Assembly: GCA_049522015.1 (NCBI GenBank)
Contig: JBEKOG010000010.1
Location: 21,840 to 85,839, forward strand
From: Verrucomicrobiota bacterium
GTDB taxonomy: Bacteria; Verrucomicrobiota; Verrucomicrobiia; Limisphaerales; UBA11358
Direction: 5' to 3'
DNA: 64,000 bases
How positions within the stretch are numbered: the first letter of the stretch is position 1; the number at the start of each line of letters is the position of its first letter. Shown in pieces: positions 10,901 to 18,865 of this stretch. Made by a program: the position numbers and the translations under genes. Under the pieces are notes generated by a model that saw nothing but the letters and a program-made list of their open reading frames with translations, was not told where the DNA came from and searched no databases.

Positions 10901-13900
10901 GGCCACGTCCGCGCCGAACAATGGAATTTTCTGGTCCGGTTTTGCCGACGACAGTTGCAACGTGGCGTCGAGTTGCGCCACCCGGTCGTTCACCGACCCG
11001 GCATAGCTGGCAGACAGGATGGAAACGCCGGTGATGGGGGACGGCAAATTGCGGGTGGCAGGTTCCGCCGCCCGGGCGCTCACGAGACCAAGTGCCAGCA
11101 ACAAAACCATGGCCGCCAGGACCGGGGGCGGGGTGGTTTGCGGCGAAGGGTTGCCGCCGTTGCCGTCGGTTGGCGGAGTGCGGCGCGGCCAGTATTTCCA
11201 GACCAATCGCGCGATGACCGCCAGCGCCACCAACGGAAATCCGATGATGAGCACGTCATGCAGCGCGCGCCAGGCAATCAGCAGACTGCACACCGACGCG
11301 AGGATCAGCACCAGCGCGAGGGTGAGTACGAAGGTGTTGGGCTGTTCCCGCCGCCATTGCCAGCCGAAGACGAGCAAACCGAGAACGAACGCACCCGCCT
11401 GCCCGACCATCTGCAACATCTGGAAGGCGTGCAGCGACATGACTTTGGCGCGGATGGAAAGCGGCTCGCCGCCGTCGCGCACGTTCAGGACCTTGGTGAA
11501 CAGGAATGAATTGCCGGTGTGCGGAATCTCGATGCGGATGGAACGAATGCCGGAAACGGTCGGCAACGGAGCGGCAACCGGCTCTTCCTCCGAAACCAGC
11601 ATACCGCCGGCCGAAACCGGGGGAGCAGCCACCGGCAATCCTGTTGTTTCATCGATTCTTTCACCTCCGGCCGGAGCCATGGCATTCGTAATCGTAACTG
11701 TGGCTGTTGTGCCCGCCACCACGCCACCGCCACCACCACCAGCCGCCAACCCCACAATTCTTTGGCGCTGCACCGGCGCGGGCGCAGTTCCAAGAGATTG
11801 CCTTCCCAACACCGCCTCGGTCTGTTTTCTTCGGTCCAGTTCGTCCTGCGGAACCAGTTTGAGAAAACCGCGCTGCTGAATTTCAGCGAATTGTGTGCTG
11901 CTCATCTGCTGTACGCTGCCGTCGGCATACAGCACGGAACAATGGTCATTGTTCATGGGTGAGAACGCCAGCACCGAGTCCGGCTCCAAGGCCGCCTCCG
12001 AACAGCCTCCGCCCACGTAAACAAACCGCTGCTGGCTTTCCGGGTCAATCGTGACCATGTCCGAACCGAGCTCATTTTTCATCTCCTCGAACGACGCCGG
12101 CAACCGGTCGTTGTTGTCCCCGGAGAAAAGCCGCACCGCGATGCCGATTTGCTTGAGGTTGCTGACCGCGTTGATGCGTTGCGCCTTGCGCTTGGCGCTG
12201 GAGAGCGCGGGCAGCAACATTCCGCCCAGCACGGCCAGAATCATAAACACCACAAACACGGTGATGACCCCGTTCCAGCCGCGGCGCACGGCGGAAACCA
12301 CCAGGGCAATCACCAGAAACGCCAGGATCCCCATGACAAAAAGGCCCGCGCCGGCTTCCCGCAGCACCGTGCCATAAAACGCGAGGAACCTTTGCCAGCC
12401 GTCCAGCAGTCCGTAGGTCGTGCCCTGAGCCACGCTCATGCTGCCATCAAAGCTGGATAGCCGTTTGGAAGCCGGCACATAAAGCTCCCACTCGGCATAG
12501 GTGTTCGGCACGTCGGTCCGGGGCGCAGCCAGTTCGAGCCGCCCCGGCCAGCGGGAATTCAACGCCCGGTTGGTCTGGGCGTACACGATGTCCACGGCGA
12601 ACGTCTGGTCACGGTTGATGTTGCGTGGCAACGGCACCAGCACCCAGTCGCCATCGCGCTCCGGTTTGGCGGGCCGGTTGTTGACGTAGCAGCCCCACAA
12701 ATCCGCACCCTTGGGCAGCAGGAACTTTTGGGACTGCTTTTCGTTGTTCTTCACCATGAACGAAGCTTGGGTCAGCATCTCCCCCGCCTCGGTAAGGACG
12801 GAGGTGATTTCCGTCCGGTCCGCCACTGCCTCGAGCACCGGCACCTCCCCGTGCCGCTGCACTTCCAGCGAAAGATCGTATTGGTCGCCGGTGTATTGAT
12901 AGGCCAGCAGGATGTTGCGTGTGATCAAGGCGCGGTCGGCCGCGGCCAGTTCCGCTTCGTCCACGCGATGCAACGAACCGCTGACCGGCTTCGGATTGAG
13001 TTTCAGGCTTGCGGCGGTGGTGACGGCAATCGAACCCGTCTCGCGCTCCACGTCGAGCGTGTGGATGCCGCCGACCGGCAACGTCGCGCTTTTCGGATCG
13101 AACTGGTAGTCGTAGGTGATCACCAAGGTGTAACCGCCCCAGACCTTGTCCTGCAGACCGATGGTCCAAACATCGCCGGACAGTTCCTTGCGCCGGATGT
13201 TCGGCCCGGTGAATTCGACATTCCGGCAGTAGGGCGGCAGCTTCACCTTGAATTCCTGCACGCCTTGGTTGATGAGACCGTAACGAACCGTTGCGCTGCC
13301 GCCCGCCAGTCCGTCGCCGATGGTCACCAGGTTGAAAACATCCGCCACCACGCGCGCCGCCAGCCGTTCGTCCGCCAGCGTCAGCTTCCAATCCGGCTGT
13401 TCAGCCGTGAAGGCCAGCAATTCATCGGAATGATTTTGCAGCCGGTTGACGGGAATTTCACGGAGGCCGCCCAGTTCGGCGGTTTTCAAGCGGATGCCCG
13501 GCGCCGAGACCGCGCCGATTTGCGCGGTCTCCTTGGCCGCGCCGGTGACGCGCAGGGGAGCAACCGTAATCCGGTCCGGAAACGCTTTCAAAGCCTGTTC
13601 CAGTTGCACTTGCAACGTGCGCGAACCGAGGACACGGCTCGCAAAGCTTACCATCAGTTTGCCGGCGGTGACGTTCCAGTCCTCCACCCCTTCGCCGCGC
13701 ACGTCGGCCACGACCATTCCCGGTGGCGGAACGAGGTCGAGCGTGTAAATGCCGGTCTTCTCAATGTTCAGCGCCAGGTTATGCGAAACCAGCAGGCGCG
13801 CTTCTTCCAGCCGCACTCCAACGCGGTCGGCAACGTTGATGACCGGCTCGATGCGCTTGACTTTGAGGGCGAGACTGAAGGGACGCGCGTTGAAACGATA

Positions 13901-14887
13901 CGCCGCGAGTTCGTTGCTGGCGGCATTGACCTGCCGCAGACCGCCGAGTGATTCCACTTCGACGAGCGTGTCCTCGGTTGCCAGCTTAAGCACGCCGGAT
14001 TCGCGGTCAATGTCGAGCGGTTGCGGTGGATTCAACTGCGCCGTCGCGGGCGTGGCTTCGAGGGTTTGCTCGGAAAAGACGGTGAGGTCGTATTCCTGTT
14101 CGACGGGTTTGATGAATTCAACGGTGAGAACCTGCCGGTCGCCGTCGGGTTTGATCTGCCAGTCGCGGATTTGTTCACCCGCCAGCCGCGTCAACGACTG
14201 GCCGGCCGGCAGCGCGAGGGTGAGGCCCGGGGCGTTGCCCTGGACGATTTCGTAATGGAATTTGGTGGTGTATTTGACGACGGTGGGCGTGATCTGCGCT
14301 GTCGCCAGAGTGTCCACGGTGAGCAGCGCCTTGCGCGCCACTTCGGCAACCTTCCCCTGCCAGCGCAAGGCCACGGTCTGGTCCGCGCCCAGAAATCCGC
14401 GCAGGCACGAGACGCCGTTGGTCTGCATGGATTCGAGCAGCGTGCCGTTGAGCAGTTGAATTTCCACCCCCGCACTGGCGGCCTGCGCGGTCACCGACGC
14501 GATGGCGGCGGCGGGGCCGGTGAAGGAAATCTGGTTCCACGGCTCGGCGCGCTGAATTTTGGCGACGAGGTCGAGTTTGAACCGGTACTGGCCCGGCCGG
14601 GTGGCGGTCAGGAGATAGCGGTTGCCGTCGCGGGTGATTTGCAAATCGGACGGCAATTTCACCGGCAACAACGCCACGTCGCCCTCAAACAATTTCACCG
14701 TCGCCTCGCCTTTGCCGGCGACCGCGATGTCCAGGTCCACGGCGAAGCGCGCTTCGTCATCGGACAATTTCGCGTCGTAGCGGACTTCGTTAAGGGACAA
14801 CCCGGCGGGCGGCGCCACGACTGGGCCCGGCAAAGCCGCAATCGCCGGAAACAGACAAACAAACAGGGTGAGGACTTTGTGGTTCAT
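7952..14887 (-). CDS. Giant (2311 aa) multi-domain envelope protein of unknown function; two paralogous halves
   Basis: Uninterrupted 7-kb ORF; GGAG 7 nt upstream of ATG 14887; signal peptide MNHKVLTLFVCLFPAIAALPG; internal TM clusters; C-terminal TM anchor WSLAGFLALWLVVAIATARKSR. Confidence 0.85.
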   Translation of the reverse strand: MNHKVLTLFVCLFPAIAALPGPVVAPPAGLSLNEVRYDAKLSDDEARFAVDLDIAVAGKGEATVKLFEGDVALLPVKLPSDLQITRDGNRYLLTATRPGQYRFKLDLVAKIQRAEPWNQISFTGPAAAIASVTAQAASAGVEIQLLNGTLLESMQTNGVSCLRGFLGADQTVALRWQGKVAEVARKALLTVDTLATAQITPTVVKYTTKFHYEIVQGNAPGLTLALPAGQSLTRLAGEQIRDWQIKPDGDRQVLTVEFIKPVEQEYDLTVFSEQTLEATPATAQLNPPQPLDIDRESGVLKLATEDTLVEVESLGGLRQVNAASNELAAYRFNARPFSLALKVKRIEPVINVADRVGVRLEEARLLVSHNLALNIEKTGIYTLDLVPPPGMVVADVRGEGVEDWNVTAGKLMVSFASRVLGSRTLQVQLEQALKAFPDRITVAPLRVTGAAKETAQIGAVSAPGIRLKTAELGGLREIPVNRLQNHSDELLAFTAEQPDWKLTLADERLAARVVADVFNLVTIGDGLAGGSATVRYGLINQGVQEFKVKLPPYCRNVEFTGPNIRRKELSGDVWTIGLQDKVWGGYTLVITYDYQFDPKSATLPVGGIHTLDVERETGSIAVTTAASLKLNPKPVSGSLHRVDEAELAAADRALITRNILLAYQYTGDQYDLSLEVQRHGEVPVLEAVADRTEITSVLTEAGEMLTQASFMVKNNEKQSQKFLLPKGADLWGCYVNNRPAKPERDGDWVLVPLPRNINRDQTFAVDIVYAQTNRALNSRWPGRLELAAPRTDVPNTYAEWELYVPASKRLSSFDGSMSVAQGTTYGLLDGWQRFLAFYGTVLREAGAGLFVMGILAFLVIALVVSAVRRGWNGVITVFVVFMILAVLGGMLLPALSSAKRKAQRINAVSNLKQIGIAVRLFSGDNNDRLPASFEEMKNELGSDMVTIDPESQQRFVYVGGGCSEAALEPDSVLAFSPMNNDHCSVLYADGSVQQMSSTQFAEIQQRGFLKLVPQDELDRRKQTEAVLGRQSLGTAPAPVQRQRIVGLAAGGGGGGVVAGTTATVTITNAMAPAGGERIDETTGLPVAAPPVSAGGMLVSEEEPVAAPLPTVSGIRSIRIEIPHTGNSFLFTKVLNVRDGGEPLSIRAKVMSLHAFQMLQMVGQAGAFVLGLLVFGWQWRREQPNTFVLTLALVLILASVCSLLIAWRALHDVLIIGFPLVALAVIARLVWKYWPRRTPPTDGNGGNPSPQTTPPPVLAAMVLLLALGLVSARAAEPATRNLPSPITGVSILSASYAGSVNDRVAQLDATLQLSSAKPDQKIPLFGADVAVQQFSVKSGEASLVRDGDAVAVQLGRRGAATVQIRLLVKPGGDVTKRRLVFGIPPALSSQFVLTLDQPDADVDFPTAISFKHATVKDRTRVEAVIGSSGSVELLWTPRMKRAAETAATVFCQNAALVTFGGGVVNVRAVLDYQITQGELRQVRVRLPAGQRLLRVEGEAIRTWEIRNENGGQTLVADLLKGVSPAYRLTVETEKILEALPATVKVEIPRALEVKRETGLVALRGAEELNLSVASMSDLQRVDAEEFARVMPAAGDGLASVFRFLKPEFDLNVNAETIQPQIEAVVRNNIRLGSDQLNISAVVDYTIKRAGVFTLRLALPAGYRVEQVIGDRVSQWSERTEGNARRLEVALKERTGGNYSLRLELTRSLKELPKSLAVEGVCPLDTEKLTGFVSVSTDPGVAARTEAFDGLAEVPVVSLPDYNALRGAAGVLAYKFIATGPQAAPNWKLSVTTETVEAWLRAEVADTFTISETLISGRAQVRYEIANAPVKELRLKIPAAFKNVDISGPNIRRRDQNGDEWRVELQGKTSGFYTLTVTWEEPREAGTNRIELAGVSAAGVERETGLLAIVAKPPLQVAERVATDLSRVDAGDFPEWAGQAEDTPVLSYRYLRPGYSLVVEARRFDEAEVLQALVDSARFTTVVADDGQTMTEMSLDLRNNGRQFLEVELPAGATVWSAFVAGQPVRPSQNGGKLLLPLEQSGDDATVPVTLTYVGTNGFPKTRGQIDFASPQFDVPLKNARWELFLPPNYDYDRFGGTMSREVATVKPSLLSFTLSEYSRMESESKAVAQKQAKEDVSKAQQLLQSGNVREAMANYNRAANTYYADKSRDTDVKQLQKDLNQAQASNLIMAQNEFAQRNSGQLADQLSVSGVAQQPAAAPYDNAAAEQQWVKLQRAQEVAMAKVQPLHVNLPTRGLRYAFTQVLQTGVHKPMTIQLSVVKAGTGNWPGRVGWSLAGFLALWLVVAIATARKSR

Positions 14888-15047
14888 AACAATCTCCATC
14901 TTTGATGGTTGAGCCTTGGTGGAAAAATCGGCTTCATGGAAAATCATTTGGCTTTGTACGCGCGCCGCCGGGGCCGGTTGCAAACAGGGGATTGGTGGGG
15001 CGCGGCGTGCGTGACTTCAGAAAGGAGGCGCGAATTCCGCTCAAAGC

Positions 15048-15062
15048 GCGTGATTTTCACGC
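15048..15062. promoter_or_regulatory. 15-nt palindrome in the divergent spacer between the giant gene and the defence islet
   Basis: GCGTGATTTTCACGC is a perfect inverted repeat; a related half-site TCGTGAAAAC lies about 90 nt downstream. Confidence 0.2.
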
Positions 15063-15262
15063 AGGCTGACACCATATTCATGGTTGTTGGACGGGGTATA
15101 CGGCAAAATACTCCCGCGGGGAACGGAAATAACAACACGCGATTTGTCATTCGTGAAAACAATTTATGGCCGGTGAATCCCGCGTGAGGCAGTGCCTTTT
15201 AAGCGGCGCGGTTTTGCCATTGCAAATGGCCCTGTCCGTCCTACGATGCGGAGGGAATTTCT

Positions 15263-15523
15263 ATGGCGACAGGAAAAACTCAGAAACAGTCATCCGGCGG
15301 CTCCGCTCTTGGTTTCGAAGCAACACTCTGGGCTACGGCTGACAAATTGCGCGGTAATCTCGACGCCGCCGAATACAAGCACGTCGTCCTCGGTCTCATA
15401 TTCCTGAAATACATCTCCGACGAATCCCGCACCCTCGCCGCGTTGCGCGATGCGCTGCTGCCGAAGCTGCTGTCGGGCGAGGTGCGCGTGCCCGCCGCAA
15501 AAAAACTTGTCGGTCTTGAATGA
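15263..15523 (+). pseudogene. Type I R-M remnant: HsdM N-terminus (53 aa) fused in frame to an HsdS C-terminus (33 aa)
   Basis: [32 protein letters not shown] is the HsdM_N signature. From codon 54 it reads [24 protein letters not shown], the conserved HsdS C-terminal helix. No methyltransferase catalytic or target-recognition domains. Confidence 0.75.
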
Positions 15524-15540
15524 CTTTTTGAATCAATCAT

Positions 15541-18162
15541 ATGCAAGCTCAACCAAAAACCATTCGTGATATCCTCCACACCGGGGATCAATACATCATT
15601 CCGCTGTTCCAGCGTTATTATTCCTGGACCAAGGAGCATTGGGAACGATTGCGCATGGATGTGTGGGCGCTGATGGAGAACGGCGCAAAGCCGGTTCATT
15701 TCCTCGGGCCGTTGGTCTGCACGCAACCGCCGCATCTTCCCGGTAACGCATCCGCCTACCAACTCATTGATGGACAGCAACGCATCACCACGCTGACGAT
15801 CCTCTTGGCTGCCATCCGGGATGTTGCGCGGTCGCGTAATCTCAACGATTTTGCTGAGGAGGTGACAGAGGACTATCTCCTGTTCAAACGCAAGCAAGGC
15901 AGCGACCGATACAAGGTTCTGCCCCGCCTCGGCGACCGCGAAGTGCTCACGGCCATGATCGAGGGAAATGATATGTCGGGCTTTTCAGACAGCCCCGTTT
16001 TTGAAGCGTGGAAATATTTTCACCGTCACGTCCAGCATTTGTCCCGCAAAGATACGGAACAACAACTGGCCAAGCTGTTGGATGTCATCACCACCCGTTT
16101 GAATTTGGTGGCCGTTCTGATTGATAGCGAGAATCCCTACGAAATTTTTGACAGCCTTAATTCCACCGGCTTGCCCCTTAAAGAGTCTGACCTCATACGC
16201 AACTTTGTTTTCATGGAAATCCCGTTGGCCAAGCAACAGGAGTTTAATGATCAACACTGGAAAGAGTTTGAGAAGGTGTTCGATGCCAACGACACCGAAG
16301 AGGCCATAGAAATGACGCCGTTTTACCGGGATTACCTCATGCGGAACGGCAAGTATTCGAAGGAAGATGCCACGTTCGTGGATTTCAAAAATGCTCATGA
16401 GGATGCCGTGCGGCAGCCGGAAGTGATGATTGGCGAACTGAAGCGTTACGCCAGACTCGACCTCATGCTGCGCCGCCCGGGGGCAGTCAAGGATGCGACG
16501 CTACGTGGCATTCTGCGTCAAGTGGACGGCATGGAAATCACCACGGCCTATCCACTGCTGCTGAATCTGTTGGACCGCAATGACCGGGGACAATTGAGCA
16601 AGGAGGATTTGTGCGGCTGCCTTGAGGACCTCGTCAGTTTTGTTCTTCGCCGCTCCATCTGCGGTGAAACGACGCGCACCTATGGCAAGTGGTTTGTCGA
16701 AGCCATCACCGTAATTCGCGACCATCCGCGCCGCGATCTGCAAACCTACTGGCTCAGCCGACGTTGGCCAGATGATGCTGCGGTCAAGGCCCGTCTGCCC
16801 AGCTTCGAATTGTATCGCCGCGAAAGCACCAAAACTCGTGTAATTCTTGAGGCGCTGGAAGAAAGTTTTGGCCACCGCGAGCGCGTGGATCTCTCCACCC
16901 TGACTATCGAGCACGTCATGCCTCAGACCATTACCAATAACAAGCACGGCAAGGCTTGGAAGGAGATGCTCGGCGCGGATTGGGAAAAAACCCACGAGAC
17001 GCTGCTTCATACCTTGGGCAATCTCACGCTCACCGGCTATAACACCGAGTTGAGCAATTCCGCCTTTGAGATCAAGAAGGTTGAACTCGCCAAGAGCCAT
17101 TTGGACCTCAACTCTTACTTCAATGCTCTGCCCAAATGGGATGCCGAAACGATCCGGGTGCGGACGGCTGTTCTGGCTGAACGCTTGGTTACACTCTGGC
17201 CCCGGCCCGCAACGGAAGTGGTTTATGCCGCTTCCGCCGAAGCGATGCCTGAGCCGGAGGGGTTGAACAACGCCGCCAAGCAGCGTCTCGAATATTGGCG
17301 ACATATGGATGTCCGGTTGGAGGAACGGGGAGTTCCGCGCGATTTCATTGTCGCTGCGCCGGATTCCTCCATTACCGCCAGCATCGGCGACTCCGGAGCC
17401 GCCGAGTTTGAGTTCGGCTTCAACCAGCAGCGTGGTCGGATTTTTGTTTCGTTGAATCTTTCCGATGAGATTGGCGCTTTCATTGCCAAGCACCTGTCCG
17501 AGGCCAAAGTCGCTATCGAACAGGAATTGGGTTATTCGCTTGATTGGGAGATTCGCAACCAGGGCGGCGAGATTTCCATCGCGGACGAAGGGATTCAAAT
17601 TCGCGATGAGAACGATTGGCCGGTTCAACACGATTGGTTTGGGGATCGGCTGGAGGATTTCCAGCGCGTTCTCCAGCCGCGCGTCATTGCGCTTGAAAAA
17701 GAGGCCCTCAAAGACCCCGAGCTTCGCCAGGCTTATGAACAGCGCGGGTTGCTCGTTAGATATTGGCGCGCCTGTTCGGCGGCCTTGGTCGGTTCACGGC
17801 TTTCGTTTCGTGAGAATGCCCCGGATGCTGGCCGCACCCTTTGCCGGTTTAGGCCGCTCGACGACGGCGTGTATTTGGGCGCGCAGTATTATCCCACCAC
17901 TTCCCAGCTCTGTGTTTATTTTGCCGTTTGGAGTTCGGCTGCGCGAAAGCAACGCCAGCTCTTTAAGGAACTCGTCGAAAGCCATATTCCCGAACTAGAA
18001 ACTCAGATCGGTGAAAAACTTCATTGGGAAGACCCGTATTTTTGGGTTTCCATACCGGCAGACATCGGCACGTCGTCGGACTGGCCCCGGCAACATCAGT
18101 GGGTAAAAGAAACGGCAGAGAAGTTTATTGCCACCTTCAAACCGCGTCTTGGCATCGAATAA
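15541..18162 (+). CDS. GmrSD-like DUF262-DUF1524 nuclease with two tandem DUF4268-like C-terminal modules
   Basis: 873 aa; DUF262/ParB-like motif YQLIDGQQRITTLTILLAAI; DUF1524 His-Me finger region TIEHVMPQT...LLHTLGNLTLTGYNTELSN; duplicated ~140-aa C-terminal modules (see findings). Confidence 0.85.
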   Translation: MQAQPKTIRDILHTGDQYIIPLFQRYYSWTKEHWERLRMDVWALMENGAKPVHFLGPLVCTQPPHLPGNASAYQLIDGQQRITTLTILLAAIRDVARSRNLNDFAEEVTEDYLLFKRKQGSDRYKVLPRLGDREVLTAMIEGNDMSGFSDSPVFEAWKYFHRHVQHLSRKDTEQQLAKLLDVITTRLNLVAVLIDSENPYEIFDSLNSTGLPLKESDLIRNFVFMEIPLAKQQEFNDQHWKEFEKVFDANDTEEAIEMTPFYRDYLMRNGKYSKEDATFVDFKNAHEDAVRQPEVMIGELKRYARLDLMLRRPGAVKDATLRGILRQVDGMEITTAYPLLLNLLDRNDRGQLSKEDLCGCLEDLVSFVLRRSICGETTRTYGKWFVEAITVIRDHPRRDLQTYWLSRRWPDDAAVKARLPSFELYRRESTKTRVILEALEESFGHRERVDLSTLTIEHVMPQTITNNKHGKAWKEMLGADWEKTHETLLHTLGNLTLTGYNTELSNSAFEIKKVELAKSHLDLNSYFNALPKWDAETIRVRTAVLAERLVTLWPRPATEVVYAASAEAMPEPEGLNNAAKQRLEYWRHMDVRLEERGVPRDFIVAAPDSSITASIGDSGAAEFEFGFNQQRGRIFVSLNLSDEIGAFIAKHLSEAKVAIEQELGYSLDWEIRNQGGEISIADEGIQIRDENDWPVQHDWFGDRLEDFQRVLQPRVIALEKEALKDPELRQAYEQRGLLVRYWRACSAALVGSRLSFRENAPDAGRTLCRFRPLDDGVYLGAQYYPTTSQLCVYFAVWSSAARKQRQLFKELVESHIPELETQIGEKLHWEDPYFWVSIPADIGTSSDWPRQHQWVKETAEKFIATFKPRLGIE

Positions 18163-18269
18163 TGGTCTTCACCGAATCCATCGTCAAAGATGCGGCGCTG
18201 CTGCCGAAGCTACTGTCGGGCGAGTTGCGCGTGCCCGCCACAATGTGCAAGCTGGAGGCCAGCGTATGA
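18162..18269 (+). pseudogene. 35-codon chimeric stub: HsdR-type N-terminus fused to an HsdS C-terminus
   Basis: MVFTESIVKDAAL + [13 protein letters not shown]; ATG overlaps the upstream TAA (TAATG, 18160-18164); TGA overlaps the darT ATG (ATGA, 18266-18269). Confidence 0.55.
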
Positions 18270-18853
18270 ATCCACGGGTCACAGAACTTCAATGCATCAT
18301 GCCGCTGGAAAACATTCCTTCGGTCCTGAAGCTTGGCATTCTGTCGAACGAGCGGGCGGCGAAAGTTCCGCACTATTCCGTTGCGCTGGAGGTGGTACAG
18401 GAACGGCGCGACCACAAAAACGTGCCCGGTGGTTTGAAACTGCATCAATACGCCAACCTCTATTTTCACGCCCGCAATCCGATGCTCTTTAAAAGAAAGG
18501 ATGCGGCGGCGACGTTATGCGTCTTGCGTGTTTCCACGGAAGTGAGGCATATTGACGGCGTGGTCATCACGGATCGCAATGCATCGAGCGATTATGTGCG
18601 CTTCCTGCATCCGTCACAGGCAGGATTGCTGGACTATGACGCAATTTTTGCGTCAGATTGGCGGCATCCGAACGATCCAATCGCTTACTATCGCCATCGT
18701 TCGCAAAAGTGTGCGGAAGTGCTCGTCCCTCATTGTGTCGAACCAAAACATTTGACCGGAGCATACGTGGTTGATGAGGCTGTCGCTTCCCAATTAACGT
18801 CGGCAGGCTTCGCCATGCCGGTCACAATTGATCCAGTCATGTTTTTCCGTTAA
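18266..18853 (+). CDS. darT: DarT, DUF4433 ssDNA ADP-ribosyltransferase toxin
   Basis: 196 aa from ATG 18266; IMPLENIPSVLKLGILS, ERRDHKNVPGGLKLHQYANLYFHARNPMLF, VITDRNASS, and QKCAEVLV (catalytic Glu context) parallel Thermus DarT as I recall it. The ORF-track start at 18128 runs through the preceding stub. Confidence 0.85.
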   Translation: MNPRVTELQCIMPLENIPSVLKLGILSNERAAKVPHYSVALEVVQERRDHKNVPGGLKLHQYANLYFHARNPMLFKRKDAAATLCVLRVSTEVRHIDGVVITDRNASSDYVRFLHPSQAGLLDYDAIFASDWRHPNDPIAYYRHRSQKCAEVLVPHCVEPKHLTGAYVVDEAVASQLTSAGFAMPVTIDPVMFFR

Positions 18854-18865
18854 CCCCAAACTGCC

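Noticed and set aside
11040-11140. The giant ORF as two separate genes mis-joined
   Set aside because: No stop codon interrupts the frame across the junction in the given sequence, so I kept it as one CDS. A sequencing error would be needed to split it; this is flagged as a check in the findings.
9869-11509. 546-aa ORF, plus many 60-400-aa ORFs between 8087 and 14905, antisense to or out of frame with the giant gene
   Set aside because: All are nested in the uninterrupted 7-kb minus-strand ORF, which shows internally consistent paralogous repeats. Their translations are Arg/Gly/His-rich with no motifs.
7748-15262. tRNA-Leu as the integration site of the defence islet
   Set aside because: The tRNA is separated from the islet by the 7-kb giant gene. 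There is no integrase gene, and I did not spot a repeat of the tRNA 3' end near 15.2 or 20.0 kb.
15263-15523. The 86-aa HsdM/HsdS chimera as a functional methyltransferase or specificity subunit
   Set aside because: It lacks the SAM-binding and NPPF/Y catalytic motifs and any target-recognition domain. Only the terminal helices of the two proteins remain. A new small-protein function cannot be excluded but is unsupported.
16501-17631. 376-aa ORF antisense to the GmrSD-like gene
   Set aside because: The plus-strand frame carries the DGQQR and His-Me finger motifs. The antisense product has no recognisable features.
18128-18265. N-terminal extension of the DarT ORF
   Set aside because: It reads through the end of the nuclease gene and the bridge ORF in another frame. 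DarT homology begins at the Met at 18266.
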